The notes under the pieces were generated by a model. That model did no database searches and had not been told where the DNA came from. It was given only the letters and a program-made list of their open reading frames with translations. A stretch of DNA of 64,000 nt. It comes from Vicinamibacterales bacterium (GTDB lineage: Bacteria; Acidobacteriota; Vicinamibacteria; Vicinamibacterales; 2-12-FULL-66-21). Below, one piece after another: positions 36,478 to 45,517 of this stretch. How positions within the stretch are numbered: position 1 is the stretch's first letter; every line of letters starts with the position of its first letter. Location: the NCBI GenBank assembly GCA_049642465.1, contig JBAROV010000088.1:38616-102615 (forward strand), read 5' to 3'. A program made the position numbers and the translations under genes.

Positions 36478-37533
36478 CTAGCGCGGCCGGCCGGGCGCCG
36501 GCGGATCGCCGCTCGACAAACGATGCGCGACCTCCCGGAGAATCGCAGGACCATCGTCCTCGACTCGCCCTTTGATAATCCGTCGAGCGAAATGTCCCCA
36601 GAACCCGCCAAGCAGATCGACCTCGGACCGGTTGAAGTACACGAAGTAGCTGCGGCCGCTGCGCCCGTCGCGCACGAGCGCGGTGATCCCCAGACACGCG
36701 TCGAGATAGTGCGTGGCGAAGATCTGCGTTCCCGTGATCAGCACTTCGACGCCTTTGATTCCGGCGGGCCGAAAGATCCTGACGTGCGTGGCGCTGATCA
36801 CAGCCTTGCCGCCAAACCGTTCCTTGGACCAGTAGATGAACTCGTCCAGGTGCGCCTGAGCGGCTGGATTGCGCTTCAACGCTTCCGCAATCGCCGGGGC
36901 GCGGTCGGGCAGGAAAGTGGAGTGCTGCAACAGCTTGTCGAAGGCAACCGCCGGCGATCGCGGTCTGTGGCGATCGTGGTAGGCGTCGAGCGCCGAGTGT
37001 CCCTTCACCGAGTAGGCGGTGACCCGCTGGAGCACCGTTCGCCTGAACGCGGCCAGCATCGGGGCCTTCCAGTCCGTTCCGGCATCTCGAATGACACGCC
37101 GGAACGCATACATCTCCGCTGGTGACAGTTTCAACCCGCAGTCGCCGGGGCGGCATTCCTCGAGATCCTTGAGGTCCCCATCGTCAAGCGTCAGCGTGTC
37201 GAGATCCTCAATCCGCGGAGGGTTCGAGAATCGCTGGACTGCGAGGACGAAGCTGCTCTTTCTGAATTCCGCGACGTCGTGCATCCAGGCAATCATTCGA
37301 TCCGGCGTAGCGCTGTCGGTCAGTTCGATGGCGGAGAACACGGCCAGCTCGTGGCCTTCGGTGTTCAACACCCTGACGAGGGGCAGGCCACGCTCCAGAG
37401 TCGCGCGGTCCTCCAGGCTGACGACGACACTCGGGCCGAAGAAGCCGAATGGATCCCCGTGCGGATCCGGCGCCGTCGACAGACCGAGGAGTACGGCGGC
37501 CCACAGCATGGGGTTCAGCAATCGCTGACGCAT
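36478..37533 (-). CDS. Secreted hypothetical protein
   Basis: Signal peptide MRQRLLNPMLWAAVLLGLSTA. 351 aa. No motif recognised. Confidence 0.5.
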   Translation of the reverse strand: MRQRLLNPMLWAAVLLGLSTAPDPHGDPFGFFGPSVVVSLEDRATLERGLPLVRVLNTEGHELAVFSAIELTDSATPDRMIAWMHDVAEFRKSSFVLAVQRFSNPPRIEDLDTLTLDDGDLKDLEECRPGDCGLKLSPAEMYAFRRVIRDAGTDWKAPMLAAFRRTVLQRVTAYSVKGHSALDAYHDRHRPRSPAVAFDKLLQHSTFLPDRAPAIAEALKRNPAAQAHLDEFIYWSKERFGGKAVISATHVRIFRPAGIKGVEVLITGTQIFATHYLDACLGITALVRDGRSGRSYFVYFNRSEVDLLGGFWGHFARRIIKGRVEDDGPAILREVAHRLSSGDPPAPGRPR

Positions 37534-37650
37534 GCCGCTTTGACGTGCAAGACACGAACCGGGGAGCTGGAACCGAAGTAGCTGACCACGGCAGCTCGCT
37601 CGCGTGCTGTTCGGAAATAAACACCAACCGACGTGAAATTCTTCGCGGTC

Positions 37651-37905
37651 CTAGGCGCCGATCATCTCTCCGATCTCTTTCTTCGTCTCCTCGAACTGCC
37701 GCTTCGCCCGATCCGCCACGCGCTCCATCGTCTGCTCGCATGAGCGCGAAACAGCGCTCCACTGACGCCTTGCGCGGCGGCGAAGACTGCGCCGAAGCTC
37801 ATGGCCGGACGCCGGCGCCACCATCAGGCCTATCGCGCACCCGGCGGCTGCGGCTCCGACCAGGGCGGCGCTGATCGTCAGAATCGTCTTCGGGTTTGAC
37901 ATCAT
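37651..37905 (-). CDS. YtxH-like (DUF948) small membrane-associated protein
   Basis: 84 aa MMSNPKTILTISAALVGAAAAGCAIGLMVAPASGHELRRSLRRRA... GGAGGG RBS. ATGA overlap with upstream LbH gene. The 241-aa track ORF is a read-through artefact. Confidence 0.6.
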   Translation of the reverse strand: MMSNPKTILTISAALVGAAAAGCAIGLMVAPASGHELRRSLRRRARRQWSAVSRSCEQTMERVADRAKRQFEETKKEIGEMIGA

Positions 37906-38645
37906 GACCCTCCGCCGGTGGAAGTACGCAACAGCTGTGCCCCGGCCGCGGGCGCATCGATCCGCCGCGCCGGAATGCCGACATAAACCCCGCCGGCATC
38001 GAGCGTCGCGTGCTTCGGGACAAAGCTGAGAGCCCCGATCTGGCAGTGCGCGCCGACCGTCACGCCAATCTCCACGATGCTGCCGATTCCGACCGTCACG
38101 TGGGAACCGAGCCTCACCGGGGCGGTCTTGACGATACCGTGTTCCACTGTGTGGCCCGAGATGTGTGCGTCGGCGCCAATAACCACGTCGTCGCCGAATT
38201 CGAGCAGATTGTAGTCGCTGACCGACAGGCTGTTGACGTAGACACGCCGCCCGACCCGCGCGCCGCTCAGGCGCATGTAGGCGGTCCAGGGAGGCGTTCC
38301 GCGCAACATCTGCCCCGCGAGAAGGCGAGCGACGTGGTTGACAGCGACCCAGCGGAGCCAGTCGAGCAGTGGCCACTCCAAATCCGCCATGCGCATCTCA
38401 ACACCCACAGGAGTGCGCCACCCGAGCAGTTGCGTCACTATCGCCGAGACAGGCAACAGCGTCAGGGCGAAGACGGCGTATGAGGGACCGGCAGCTAGGG
38501 CGAATATCACCACCCTCGCTCCCGGTGTCACCGGCAGCGACGCGAGATACGACCAGACCGTGACGACAGGAGCCAAAGCAGCGGCCAGGATTATCGTCTC
38601 GACGACAATCAGGCTGGCCACGGTCCACATCACTCGCCAGCGCAT
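37902..38645 (-). CDS. Membrane-anchored left-handed beta-helix (hexapeptide-repeat) acyltransferase-like protein
   Basis: Two N-terminal TM helices then hexapeptide repeats (VVIGADAHISGHTVEHGIVKTAPVRLGSHVTVGIGSIVEIGVTVGAHCQIGALSFV). ATG at Met12. Confidence 0.65.
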   Translation of the reverse strand: MRWRVMWTVASLIVVETIILAAALAPVVTVWSYLASLPVTPGARVVIFALAAGPSYAVFALTLLPVSAIVTQLLGWRTPVGVEMRMADLEWPLLDWLRWVAVNHVARLLAGQMLRGTPPWTAYMRLSGARVGRRVYVNSLSVSDYNLLEFGDDVVIGADAHISGHTVEHGIVKTAPVRLGSHVTVGIGSIVEIGVTVGAHCQIGALSFVPKHATLDAGGVYVGIPARRIDAPAAGAQLLRTSTGGGS

Positions 38646-38687
38646 GCCGGTCACCGTTTGACGCTGGGCGGTCCGCAATTCGCCATC

Positions 38688-39146
38688 TTAGAATCCAAAC
38701 TGCCTCAGGTGATGGTCCATGTGCAGGTAGGCCCACCGAAGCCAGGCGGCGCGCGAGAGACGGCCGAAGATCGGATGGACCTGACCGTCGAGGTTGGCGG
38801 CGTCGGTCGTCATGACTTCGACAAGAGCCTCGAGATCCTTGACGTCCGCTCTAAACTCAGCGGGCTTCGTTCCCCCGCACTCTTGATCGATTTCCGGATT
38901 CGTGAGAATGCCAGTTCGCCACGTGAAGGGAGCGTAAAGCGCGACCACCTTCACGAGGGTTCGATGGATCATGCCGCCCGTGGGTACTACGCGCGTGCGG
39001 CCCAGCGCCATGCGAGCCGAGTCTCCCAAATGACAGATCATCTGGTGTGCGGTCATTCGGCCCCAGCGCCGCGCGCTGTTCGCACGAACGTTTTGTAGCC
39101 GGCGAAGAATCTCGGCGGCGTCGGCCGGATGCGCCAGTGTCTTCAT
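38688..39146 (-). CDS. DUF1569-like hypothetical protein
   Basis: Pattern WGRMTAHQMICHLGDS and C-terminal HMDHHLRQFG resembling DUF1569/DinB-like helical bundle proteins. Confidence 0.45.
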   Translation of the reverse strand: MKTLAHPADAAEILRRLQNVRANSARRWGRMTAHQMICHLGDSARMALGRTRVVPTGGMIHRTLVKVVALYAPFTWRTGILTNPEIDQECGGTKPAEFRADVKDLEALVEVMTTDAANLDGQVHPIFGRLSRAAWLRWAYLHMDHHLRQFGF

Positions 39147-39172
39147 CGATCATGGATCAGGCGATTCCGCGG

Positions 39173-41542
39173 TTAGCTTCCAAGCAGCCGACTCCCGCCC
39201 GCTTCGTCGAACGCACTGAGCGCCAGGCGACGACCTTCCTCCGCGTCGGCGAGGAGTGCCTGGAACTCCGGGCGTTCGCGAAGCGCGTCGAACTCGGGAC
39301 GCTCGGAAAGCGTCGCGGCCACGAAGTACCCTTTCGATACCGCCCTGCGAAGGTAATCGAACCCTTGCTCGTACTGGCCCGCGTCGCAGAGCAGCCATCC
39401 CTGTTGGAAGTTCGCCTCCGGATCCTCCCGGATTTTGAGATGACCGAGCGAAGCGTCCACGAACATGTCCGCGGGACGTCGATCGAGCCACGCCGTCAGG
39501 TAATCCGTCCACGATCGAAAAACGGGAATGCGTGAACTCCCACGCATGGCGACCAGCATCCGGCGCGCCTCCTCTCGGCGTCCCGACAGTCCGAGGCCAA
39601 TCACCCGAATCCCATCATCTGCCCCGGCGACGACCAGCGGCATTTCGATGGCCACCAGGCTCTCGATGTCGCCAGTCATCAGCAGCGTTTGATCCAGACT
39701 GGTTTGGACGTTTGGATCCAGACGCCGAGCCTCGGCGTGCGCAGCGATGGCTTGGTCAAAGAGACCGCAATATCGGCACGCGTGCACGAGCCCGGCAAAG
39801 AGCTCCGCATCGTTGCCGTGACGGTTGGCCTCTCCGAGGAGGCGCACCATCGCGTGCGTGGCCCGCCCGGTGTCGGCCTCGAGGTTCGCGTAGTACTTGT
39901 GCGCGAGCGACAGGCGTGGATTGAGTTCGAGTGCGCGTCGGAAAGCTTCCTCCGCCTGTCGCTCGGTGTCCGTGGATCCGTCGATGTACTTACCAATCAC
40001 ACGGTGACAGCGACCAAGATGGGCCCACGCCGGCGCGAAACGCGGATCAAGCTCGAGACATCGCTCGTACAGGTCGCGCGCCCGTGCGAGGCCGTCGTAG
40101 GTGCGCGCCAGTTCGTTCCCCCGGAGATAAAGCTCGTACGCGCGAGCGTCGTGCGGCACGTCCGGCCTTGGCGACGGCAATCCCCTCGTCAACGCGAGCG
40201 AGAGCGTTTCCACCACTCGGCGGCTGATGTCGTCCTGCAGCTGAAAGAGGTCTCCCATCGATGACTGAACCGTGTGCGATGTCAGGAGCGTCCCGCTCGG
40301 GGCTTCGACGAGCTGCGCCGACACGCGCAGCTGCCCGCCGGCGCGGAGGAGCGTCCCCATGACCACACGATCCACGTCGGCGTCCGCAGCCAGTGCTTTC
40401 AGATCCGGCGTGTCCCCGGCGAAGCGCGCGGCCGACGCGCTGGAACGCACGATCAACGATTCGATGCCCGAGAGCGATCCGGCGATTGCGTCTGGCAGGC
40501 TGAACGCCAGGAAATCCGCCTCATCGTCTGGACGCAGGACTCGAAACGGCAGCACCACGATTCGCGTCAACGGTTGCGCAAGCGCCACCATATCGGTGCC
40601 CGAAGCGCTGCGAACACCACGCAGCTCCGCGGCCATTTCATCGGCTGACGCCCAGCGATCGGCGGGGCGCTTCGCCAGCGCGCGCCGGATCACACGATCC
40701 ACCGCCGTGATCGCAGGAGAGCCGGTGAGCGCCGGGGGCTGCTGATGAACTGTTGCGTGCAGAACGTCGATCACCGTATGACCGCCAAAGGCCGGTCGGC
40801 CTGCAAGCATTTCGAACAGAATCGCCCCTACCGCGAACAGATCGCTTTTCGCGTCCGCTGTCTCGCCCGTTACTTGCTCGGGCGCCATGTATCTCGGCGT
40901 TCCCACGACGATGCCGGAACGAGTCAAGCCAACCGTCGTAGCCATCGAGTCTTCCAGTTGCGGCCGCGCGAGCCCAAAGTCGAGGAGCTTCACACCGTAG
41001 GGGGTGACGAAGATGTTCGAGGGTTTCAGATCGCGGTGGACGATGCCGTGCGCGTGCAATGCGGAGAGGGCGGCGAGTATCTCGAGCGCAATCGACACGA
41101 CCTGAGGCGCGCTCATCGGTCCATGCCGCAGCTGGTCGGCCAACGGCTGGCCGCTCAGCAGTTCCATCGCGATGAACAGCTCGGCCTCGTCTTCGCCTAT
41201 CTCGTAAATCTGACAGATATTCGGATGGTTCACGCGAGCAGCCGCTCTCGCCTCACGCCAGAACCGGCTGCGCGACGTCTCGTCGGTTGCCATTGCCGAC
41301 ATCGTCTTCAACGCTACTGCGCGGTCGAGCCGTTCGTCATGCGCTTCGTAGACGACGCCCATGCCGCCCTGTCCTAGCTTGCGGGTGATGGTGTAGCGGC
41401 CGATACGCGATGGCAGACCCGCCTGGCGCGTGATGTCCGGCGCCTGCGACGGATCCGCAATCGGCGTTTCGCGCGTCAGCTCGTCCCCGGGTGGCGATTG
41501 CGGCTGAGGCTCCGGCGTATCATCAGCGAACTTGGAGGCCAC
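39173..41542 (-). CDS. Eukaryotic-like Ser/Thr protein kinase with C-terminal TPR-repeat domain
   Basis: GQGGMGVVYEA, VALK, HRDLKPSN, DFGLA, APE motifs. C-terminal half with TPR-like repeats. GTG start. Confidence 0.9.
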   Translation of the reverse strand: MASKFADDTPEPQPQSPPGDELTRETPIADPSQAPDITRQAGLPSRIGRYTITRKLGQGGMGVVYEAHDERLDRAVALKTMSAMATDETSRSRFWREARAAARVNHPNICQIYEIGEDEAELFIAMELLSGQPLADQLRHGPMSAPQVVSIALEILAALSALHAHGIVHRDLKPSNIFVTPYGVKLLDFGLARPQLEDSMATTVGLTRSGIVVGTPRYMAPEQVTGETADAKSDLFAVGAILFEMLAGRPAFGGHTVIDVLHATVHQQPPALTGSPAITAVDRVIRRALAKRPADRWASADEMAAELRGVRSASGTDMVALAQPLTRIVVLPFRVLRPDDEADFLAFSLPDAIAGSLSGIESLIVRSSASAARFAGDTPDLKALAADADVDRVVMGTLLRAGGQLRVSAQLVEAPSGTLLTSHTVQSSMGDLFQLQDDISRRVVETLSLALTRGLPSPRPDVPHDARAYELYLRGNELARTYDGLARARDLYERCLELDPRFAPAWAHLGRCHRVIGKYIDGSTDTERQAEEAFRRALELNPRLSLAHKYYANLEADTGRATHAMVRLLGEANRHGNDAELFAGLVHACRYCGLFDQAIAAHAEARRLDPNVQTSLDQTLLMTGDIESLVAIEMPLVVAGADDGIRVIGLGLSGRREEARRMLVAMRGSSRIPVFRSWTDYLTAWLDRRPADMFVDASLGHLKIREDPEANFQQGWLLCDAGQYEQGFDYLRRAVSKGYFVAATLSERPEFDALRERPEFQALLADAEEGRRLALSAFDEAGGSRLLGS

Positions 41543-41566
41543 AGCGGTTGATGATATCCAAGAACC

Positions 41567-41642
41567 TGACGACTGACGACTGACGACTGCAGACTGACGA
41601 TTGCATTGCGGATTGTCGATTGAGGATTGGATTGTCGATTAA
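41567..41642. repeat. GAYTGNN heptamer tandem-repeat element (GACTGAC GACTGAC GACTGCA GACTGAC GATTGCA ...)
   Basis: Read directly. Shares a 29-nt identical stretch (CTGACGACTGCAGACTGACGATTGCATTG) with the element at 58597..58712. Confidence 0.6.
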
Positions 41643-44081
41643 TCACTGGCTCCGAAGTGTTGCCATCGCGTCGACGCGTGTCGCTCGCCGGGCAGGCAAA
41701 TATGATGCAACCGCGGCAGTTGCCATCAACAGCAGCGCCGCGCCACCAATCGTCAACGGATCGAGAGGGTCGACTTCGAACAGCATGCCCCGTAGTAGAC
41801 GACTGGTCATCGTTGCCCCGATCAGTCCGATCGTCGCGCCGAGACCGGCCAGCCGGACGGCCTCGGCCAGCACGAAACGACGTACGCGACTCGCCGTAGC
41901 TCCCAAGGCGAGCCGCACGGCAATTTCGCGATCTCGCTGGCGCACATACGCCGCCATCACCGCATAGAGGCCAACCGTCACTAATAACAGCGCCGAGACG
42001 CCAAAGATGGTGAGGAGGAACGCGGTGAACCGGGGGCGCGCGAGCGGAGGACCGAGGAGTTCGGTCAACGGCACCACTCGCATGACTCGCACGGCGGGAT
42101 CGACGGCCTCGATTCGCTCGCGGCCGGCCGGACCCACAAGTTCGATTGGCGCGGTGGTTCTGAGAACGAGCGTCGTGGCTGTCATTTGAAACTGCGCCGC
42201 AGGGAGATAGAGCGTCGAGCGCGGGCTCGTGAGTTCGCGATAGCGCGTGGGTGCGGCGACGCCGACGATCGTGTACCACGGGTCTCGGGAGTTCGGGCGG
42301 CCCATCGTCAGCCGCTTACCGAGCGGGTCCTGCCCGGGCCACGTCCGTGCCGCAACATCTTCACTGACGATCGCGACCGGCAAGGCGCCGGCGCGATCGG
42401 CTGACGTAAACGGCCGTCCGCGCACAACCGCGACCTCGAACGTCTCGAAGTAGTTTGGATGCACGGACTCGAGGTCGAGCCACGGATTCACAGCAGCCTC
42501 CGCCTCACTCTGTCCGTCGGCCGCAAACCGTGGAAGGTCCCACCCCTGACCAGAGAATGGGGCGATGTTCACCGGCGTCGCAGCCACGGTGCCAGGGACA
42601 CGTGCGAGCTGAGCCATCACATCATCCAGAAACTGCGCGTGCGCACGAGGTTCGGAGTACTTCCCCTGCGGCAGATAAAGCTCAAACAGCACGAGACCGT
42701 CCGCGCGCAGTCCGAGGTTGACCGACTGCAACCTGAGAACACTTTGGATCAGCAGTCCCGCGCCTGCGACAATCGTCACGGCAAAACCGACTTGCGCGAC
42801 AACGAGTGACCGACGCCCATGCGTTGCGACCGAGCCGGCCGCGTCACCGCCCCCACCTCGCAGATGAGAGAACACGTCCGTTGGCAGGGACAGCAGCGCG
42901 GGTATGAGGCCGGCCAGGAGCGCCGTGACGAATACGACGGCAACCGAGAACAACACGACCATGGCGTCGATGCGGACCGACTCCACACGGGGTAAACCGT
43001 CGGGCACGAGGCTGATGAGGGCCTGGAGGCTCCACCAGACGGCTACAAATCCGACGATGCCGGCCTGCGCCGCGAGCACCAGGCTTTCGGCTAACACCTG
43101 CCGCACGATTCGGCCGCGTGCCGCCCCGAGTGCCAGGCGGACGGCGAGTTCCCGCCGACGCGCCTCGCCACGCATCAACAGAAGATTCGCCACATTGGCG
43201 CTGGCAATCAGCAGCACGACTGCGACAGCGGTGCAAAGCGCGTAGATCGGCGTCTGAATGTCGCCGACGACCGCGTCTGCGAAGGAGCGCACCACGGGAG
43301 TGAGCCCGCGAATCACACCGGGTGGCGCTTGCGAATCCAGCCGCTCGCTCAACGCACGGATTTCGCTCGTCGCCTGATCAAGCGTCGTTCCGCGTCGAAG
43401 CCTCGCAATGAGGTTGACCTCCCGGCGTGCGGCGTCCCCGAAGGGGCCGGTCGTCGGGACGGAGCTCGTCGTTCGCCACACTTCGACCCCAGCGGGGTAA
43501 TCGAGATCCGGTGGCATGACGCCGACAATCGTGAAGGGCTGTTCATCCAGACTCACACGACGGCCCAGAATGTCGTGTAATGCACCGTAGCGGCGTCGCC
43601 ACAGCCCACTGCTCAACACGATCACCCCCTCAGCCCCATCCTTGTCATCGGAACGGGTGAGCGCGCGCCCAAGCAGAGGCCGCACGCCCAGCACGTCGAA
43701 GAAGCCACCAGTGACGAGTGCAACGTCCGCATAACTCGAGACACCGTGATCGGCCATGACCGAGCGCCCGACGCCATTGCGCGTGACGCCGGCAGCGTTC
43801 TCGAGCAGTCGGCTCGCGTCTGCGACCGATTCGATCTCGGTATTGCCGAATGGATAGCGCGCCGAACCAGCAGATGAGAGCTCCTTCCACGCAACGATCA
43901 GACGGTCCTGCTCGTGCACGGGAAGCGGCCGAAGAAGCACGCCTTGAATCAGCGCGAACATCACGGTCGTGCCGGCAATGCCCAACGCGAGCGTCGCGAT
44001 CGCCGCTCCCGTGAAGGCCTTGGCGCGCCATAGACCGCGGCAGGCGAGACGAAAATCCTGGGTCACGCTTTCAAGGGTCAT
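41643..44081 (-). CDS. ADOP-family (MacB-like, duplicated FtsX) ABC transporter permease
   Basis: ATG at Met78 (MTLESVTQDFRLACRGLWRAKAFT, typical ADOP N-terminus). Two FtsX domains. ~810 aa. Confidence 0.85.
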   Translation of the reverse strand: MTLESVTQDFRLACRGLWRAKAFTGAAIATLALGIAGTTVMFALIQGVLLRPLPVHEQDRLIVAWKELSSAGSARYPFGNTEIESVADASRLLENAAGVTRNGVGRSVMADHGVSSYADVALVTGGFFDVLGVRPLLGRALTRSDDKDGAEGVIVLSSGLWRRRYGALHDILGRRVSLDEQPFTIVGVMPPDLDYPAGVEVWRTTSSVPTTGPFGDAARREVNLIARLRRGTTLDQATSEIRALSERLDSQAPPGVIRGLTPVVRSFADAVVGDIQTPIYALCTAVAVVLLIASANVANLLLMRGEARRRELAVRLALGAARGRIVRQVLAESLVLAAQAGIVGFVAVWWSLQALISLVPDGLPRVESVRIDAMVVLFSVAVVFVTALLAGLIPALLSLPTDVFSHLRGGGGDAAGSVATHGRRSLVVAQVGFAVTIVAGAGLLIQSVLRLQSVNLGLRADGLVLFELYLPQGKYSEPRAHAQFLDDVMAQLARVPGTVAATPVNIAPFSGQGWDLPRFAADGQSEAEAAVNPWLDLESVHPNYFETFEVAVVRGRPFTSADRAGALPVAIVSEDVAARTWPGQDPLGKRLTMGRPNSRDPWYTIVGVAAPTRYRELTSPRSTLYLPAAQFQMTATTLVLRTTAPIELVGPAGRERIEAVDPAVRVMRVVPLTELLGPPLARPRFTAFLLTIFGVSALLLVTVGLYAVMAAYVRQRDREIAVRLALGATASRVRRFVLAEAVRLAGLGATIGLIGATMTSRLLRGMLFEVDPLDPLTIGGAALLLMATAAVASYLPARRATRVDAMATLRSQ

Positions 44082-44100
44082 GGGATTCTCAATCGGGTCT

Positions 44101-45489
44101 TCAGCGGCGTCGGCCGCGCCGTCGGCCGCTGCGATCTCCGACCGGACCTCCACCACCGGGACCACGACTCCTGCCTGGTGGACGACTCTCGCGGTGAGGA
44201 TGACCGGAAGGCCTGGCGTCTCGCCCAGGGCCCGCGACGGGGCGCCGGGCGGCGGCGGAGCGTCTGGCCGCGTTGAGCTCGGCGCGCGCACGATCCTCGC
44301 GTTTGCGCGCACGGATCTCCGCGAGACGCTGGGGCAGCGGAATCTCGAGCCGCTGCTTCGGTTGCGCAGCGTAGTCGAAATCCGGCACCGTTACACGCGG
44401 CAAGCGTTTGCCGATCGCGCGTTCGATTGCCCGGAGATCGCCTTCCTCTTCGGAGGAGACGAACGTGAACGCCTCACCCTTCGCCTCCGCGCGACCTGTC
44501 CGGCCGACGCGGTGGATGTAGTCGTCTGGCGCGCGCGGCACATCGAAATTCACGACATGCCCGAGCTCGCTGACGTCGATGCCACGCGCCGCGATGTCGG
44601 TCGCGACCAGCACCGGGAACGTACCATTCTTAAACCCCGCCAACGCAGCAGTCCGCTGGGATTGCGAGCGATTGCCGTGAATTCGCTCGGCGCGGACGCC
44701 GGCCCGCACGAGAAAATCCGCGAGTCGGTTGGCGCGGTGCTTCGTGCGCGTGAAGATCAGCGCCTGGTTGATCGTCCTGTCACGCAGGAGGTGGACGATC
44801 AGTGCGGACTTCAGAGGCGACGGGACAGGATACACGGCGTGCGTAATGCCCGAAGCCGGCGCAGCCTGACGCTGGGTCTGAATCGAGACTGGATGGCGCA
44901 GCATGTCGCCTGCCAGCGCGACAATCGGCGGCGGCATCGTCGCGCTGAAGAAAAGCGTTTGCCGCCGGGCGGGGAGCCTGGCCACGATGCGGCGCACCTC
45001 CGGGAGAAAACCCATGTCGAGCATTCGATCCGCTTCGTCCAGGACCAGGTGCTCGATGTGATTCAGCTTCGCGTAGGGCGAGCGCATGTGGTCGATCAGG
45101 CGCCCGGGTGTCGCGATGATGATGTCCACGGCGCTGCGGAATGCATGCTCCTGCGGCCCCATGCCAACGCCACCGTAAACGGCTGCGCCGGTGATCGGCG
45201 TGTGCACGGACAGGGCGCTGAAGTCCTCGAGAATCTGTGCCGCCAGCTCCCGAGTGGGCACTAGAACGAGCGCCTTCGTCGTTCTGCGCGGTCGGCCGAT
45301 GAGGCGATTGATGATCGGCAGCAGGAAGGCGGCGGTCTTGCCGCTGCCAGTTTGCGCGCACGCGATCACGTCGCGACCTTCGAGCGCAGGTGGAATCGCT
45401 TCGGCCTGCACCGCAGTGGGGCGGACGAATCCGAGCTCTTTGATGGCCCTGACAAGGGCCGGATGCAGGTTCAAAGCGCTGAAAGGCAC
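44101..45489 (-). CDS. DEAD-box ATP-dependent RNA helicase with RG-rich C-terminal tail
   Basis: Q-motif, AQTGSGKT, PTRELA, DEAD, SAT, HRVGRTGR motifs all present. GTG start. Confidence 0.9.
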   Translation of the reverse strand: MPFSALNLHPALVRAIKELGFVRPTAVQAEAIPPALEGRDVIACAQTGSGKTAAFLLPIINRLIGRPRRTTKALVLVPTRELAAQILEDFSALSVHTPITGAAVYGGVGMGPQEHAFRSAVDIIIATPGRLIDHMRSPYAKLNHIEHLVLDEADRMLDMGFLPEVRRIVARLPARRQTLFFSATMPPPIVALAGDMLRHPVSIQTQRQAAPASGITHAVYPVPSPLKSALIVHLLRDRTINQALIFTRTKHRANRLADFLVRAGVRAERIHGNRSQSQRTAALAGFKNGTFPVLVATDIAARGIDVSELGHVVNFDVPRAPDDYIHRVGRTGRAEAKGEAFTFVSSEEEGDLRAIERAIGKRLPRVTVPDFDYAAQPKQRLEIPLPQRLAEIRARKREDRARAELNAARRSAAARRPVAGPGRDARPSGHPHRESRPPGRSRGPGGGGPVGDRSGRRRGRRR

Positions 45490-45517
45490 ACCCTATTATG
45501 TGTCGCGCCGATCGGAC

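Noticed and set aside
36259-37156. Overlapping ~286-aa ORFs on both strands (36259..37125 +, 36296..37156 -)
   Set aside because: Out-of-frame shadows of the secreted-protein gene 36478..37533 in GC-rich DNA. Composition Arg/Gly/Pro-rich and non-protein-like.
37651-38376. 241-aa minus-strand ORF
   Set aside because: Read-through artefact. Only its last 84 codons (YtxH-like, with own RBS and ATG at 37905) are coding. The upstream part is the LbH gene read in another frame.
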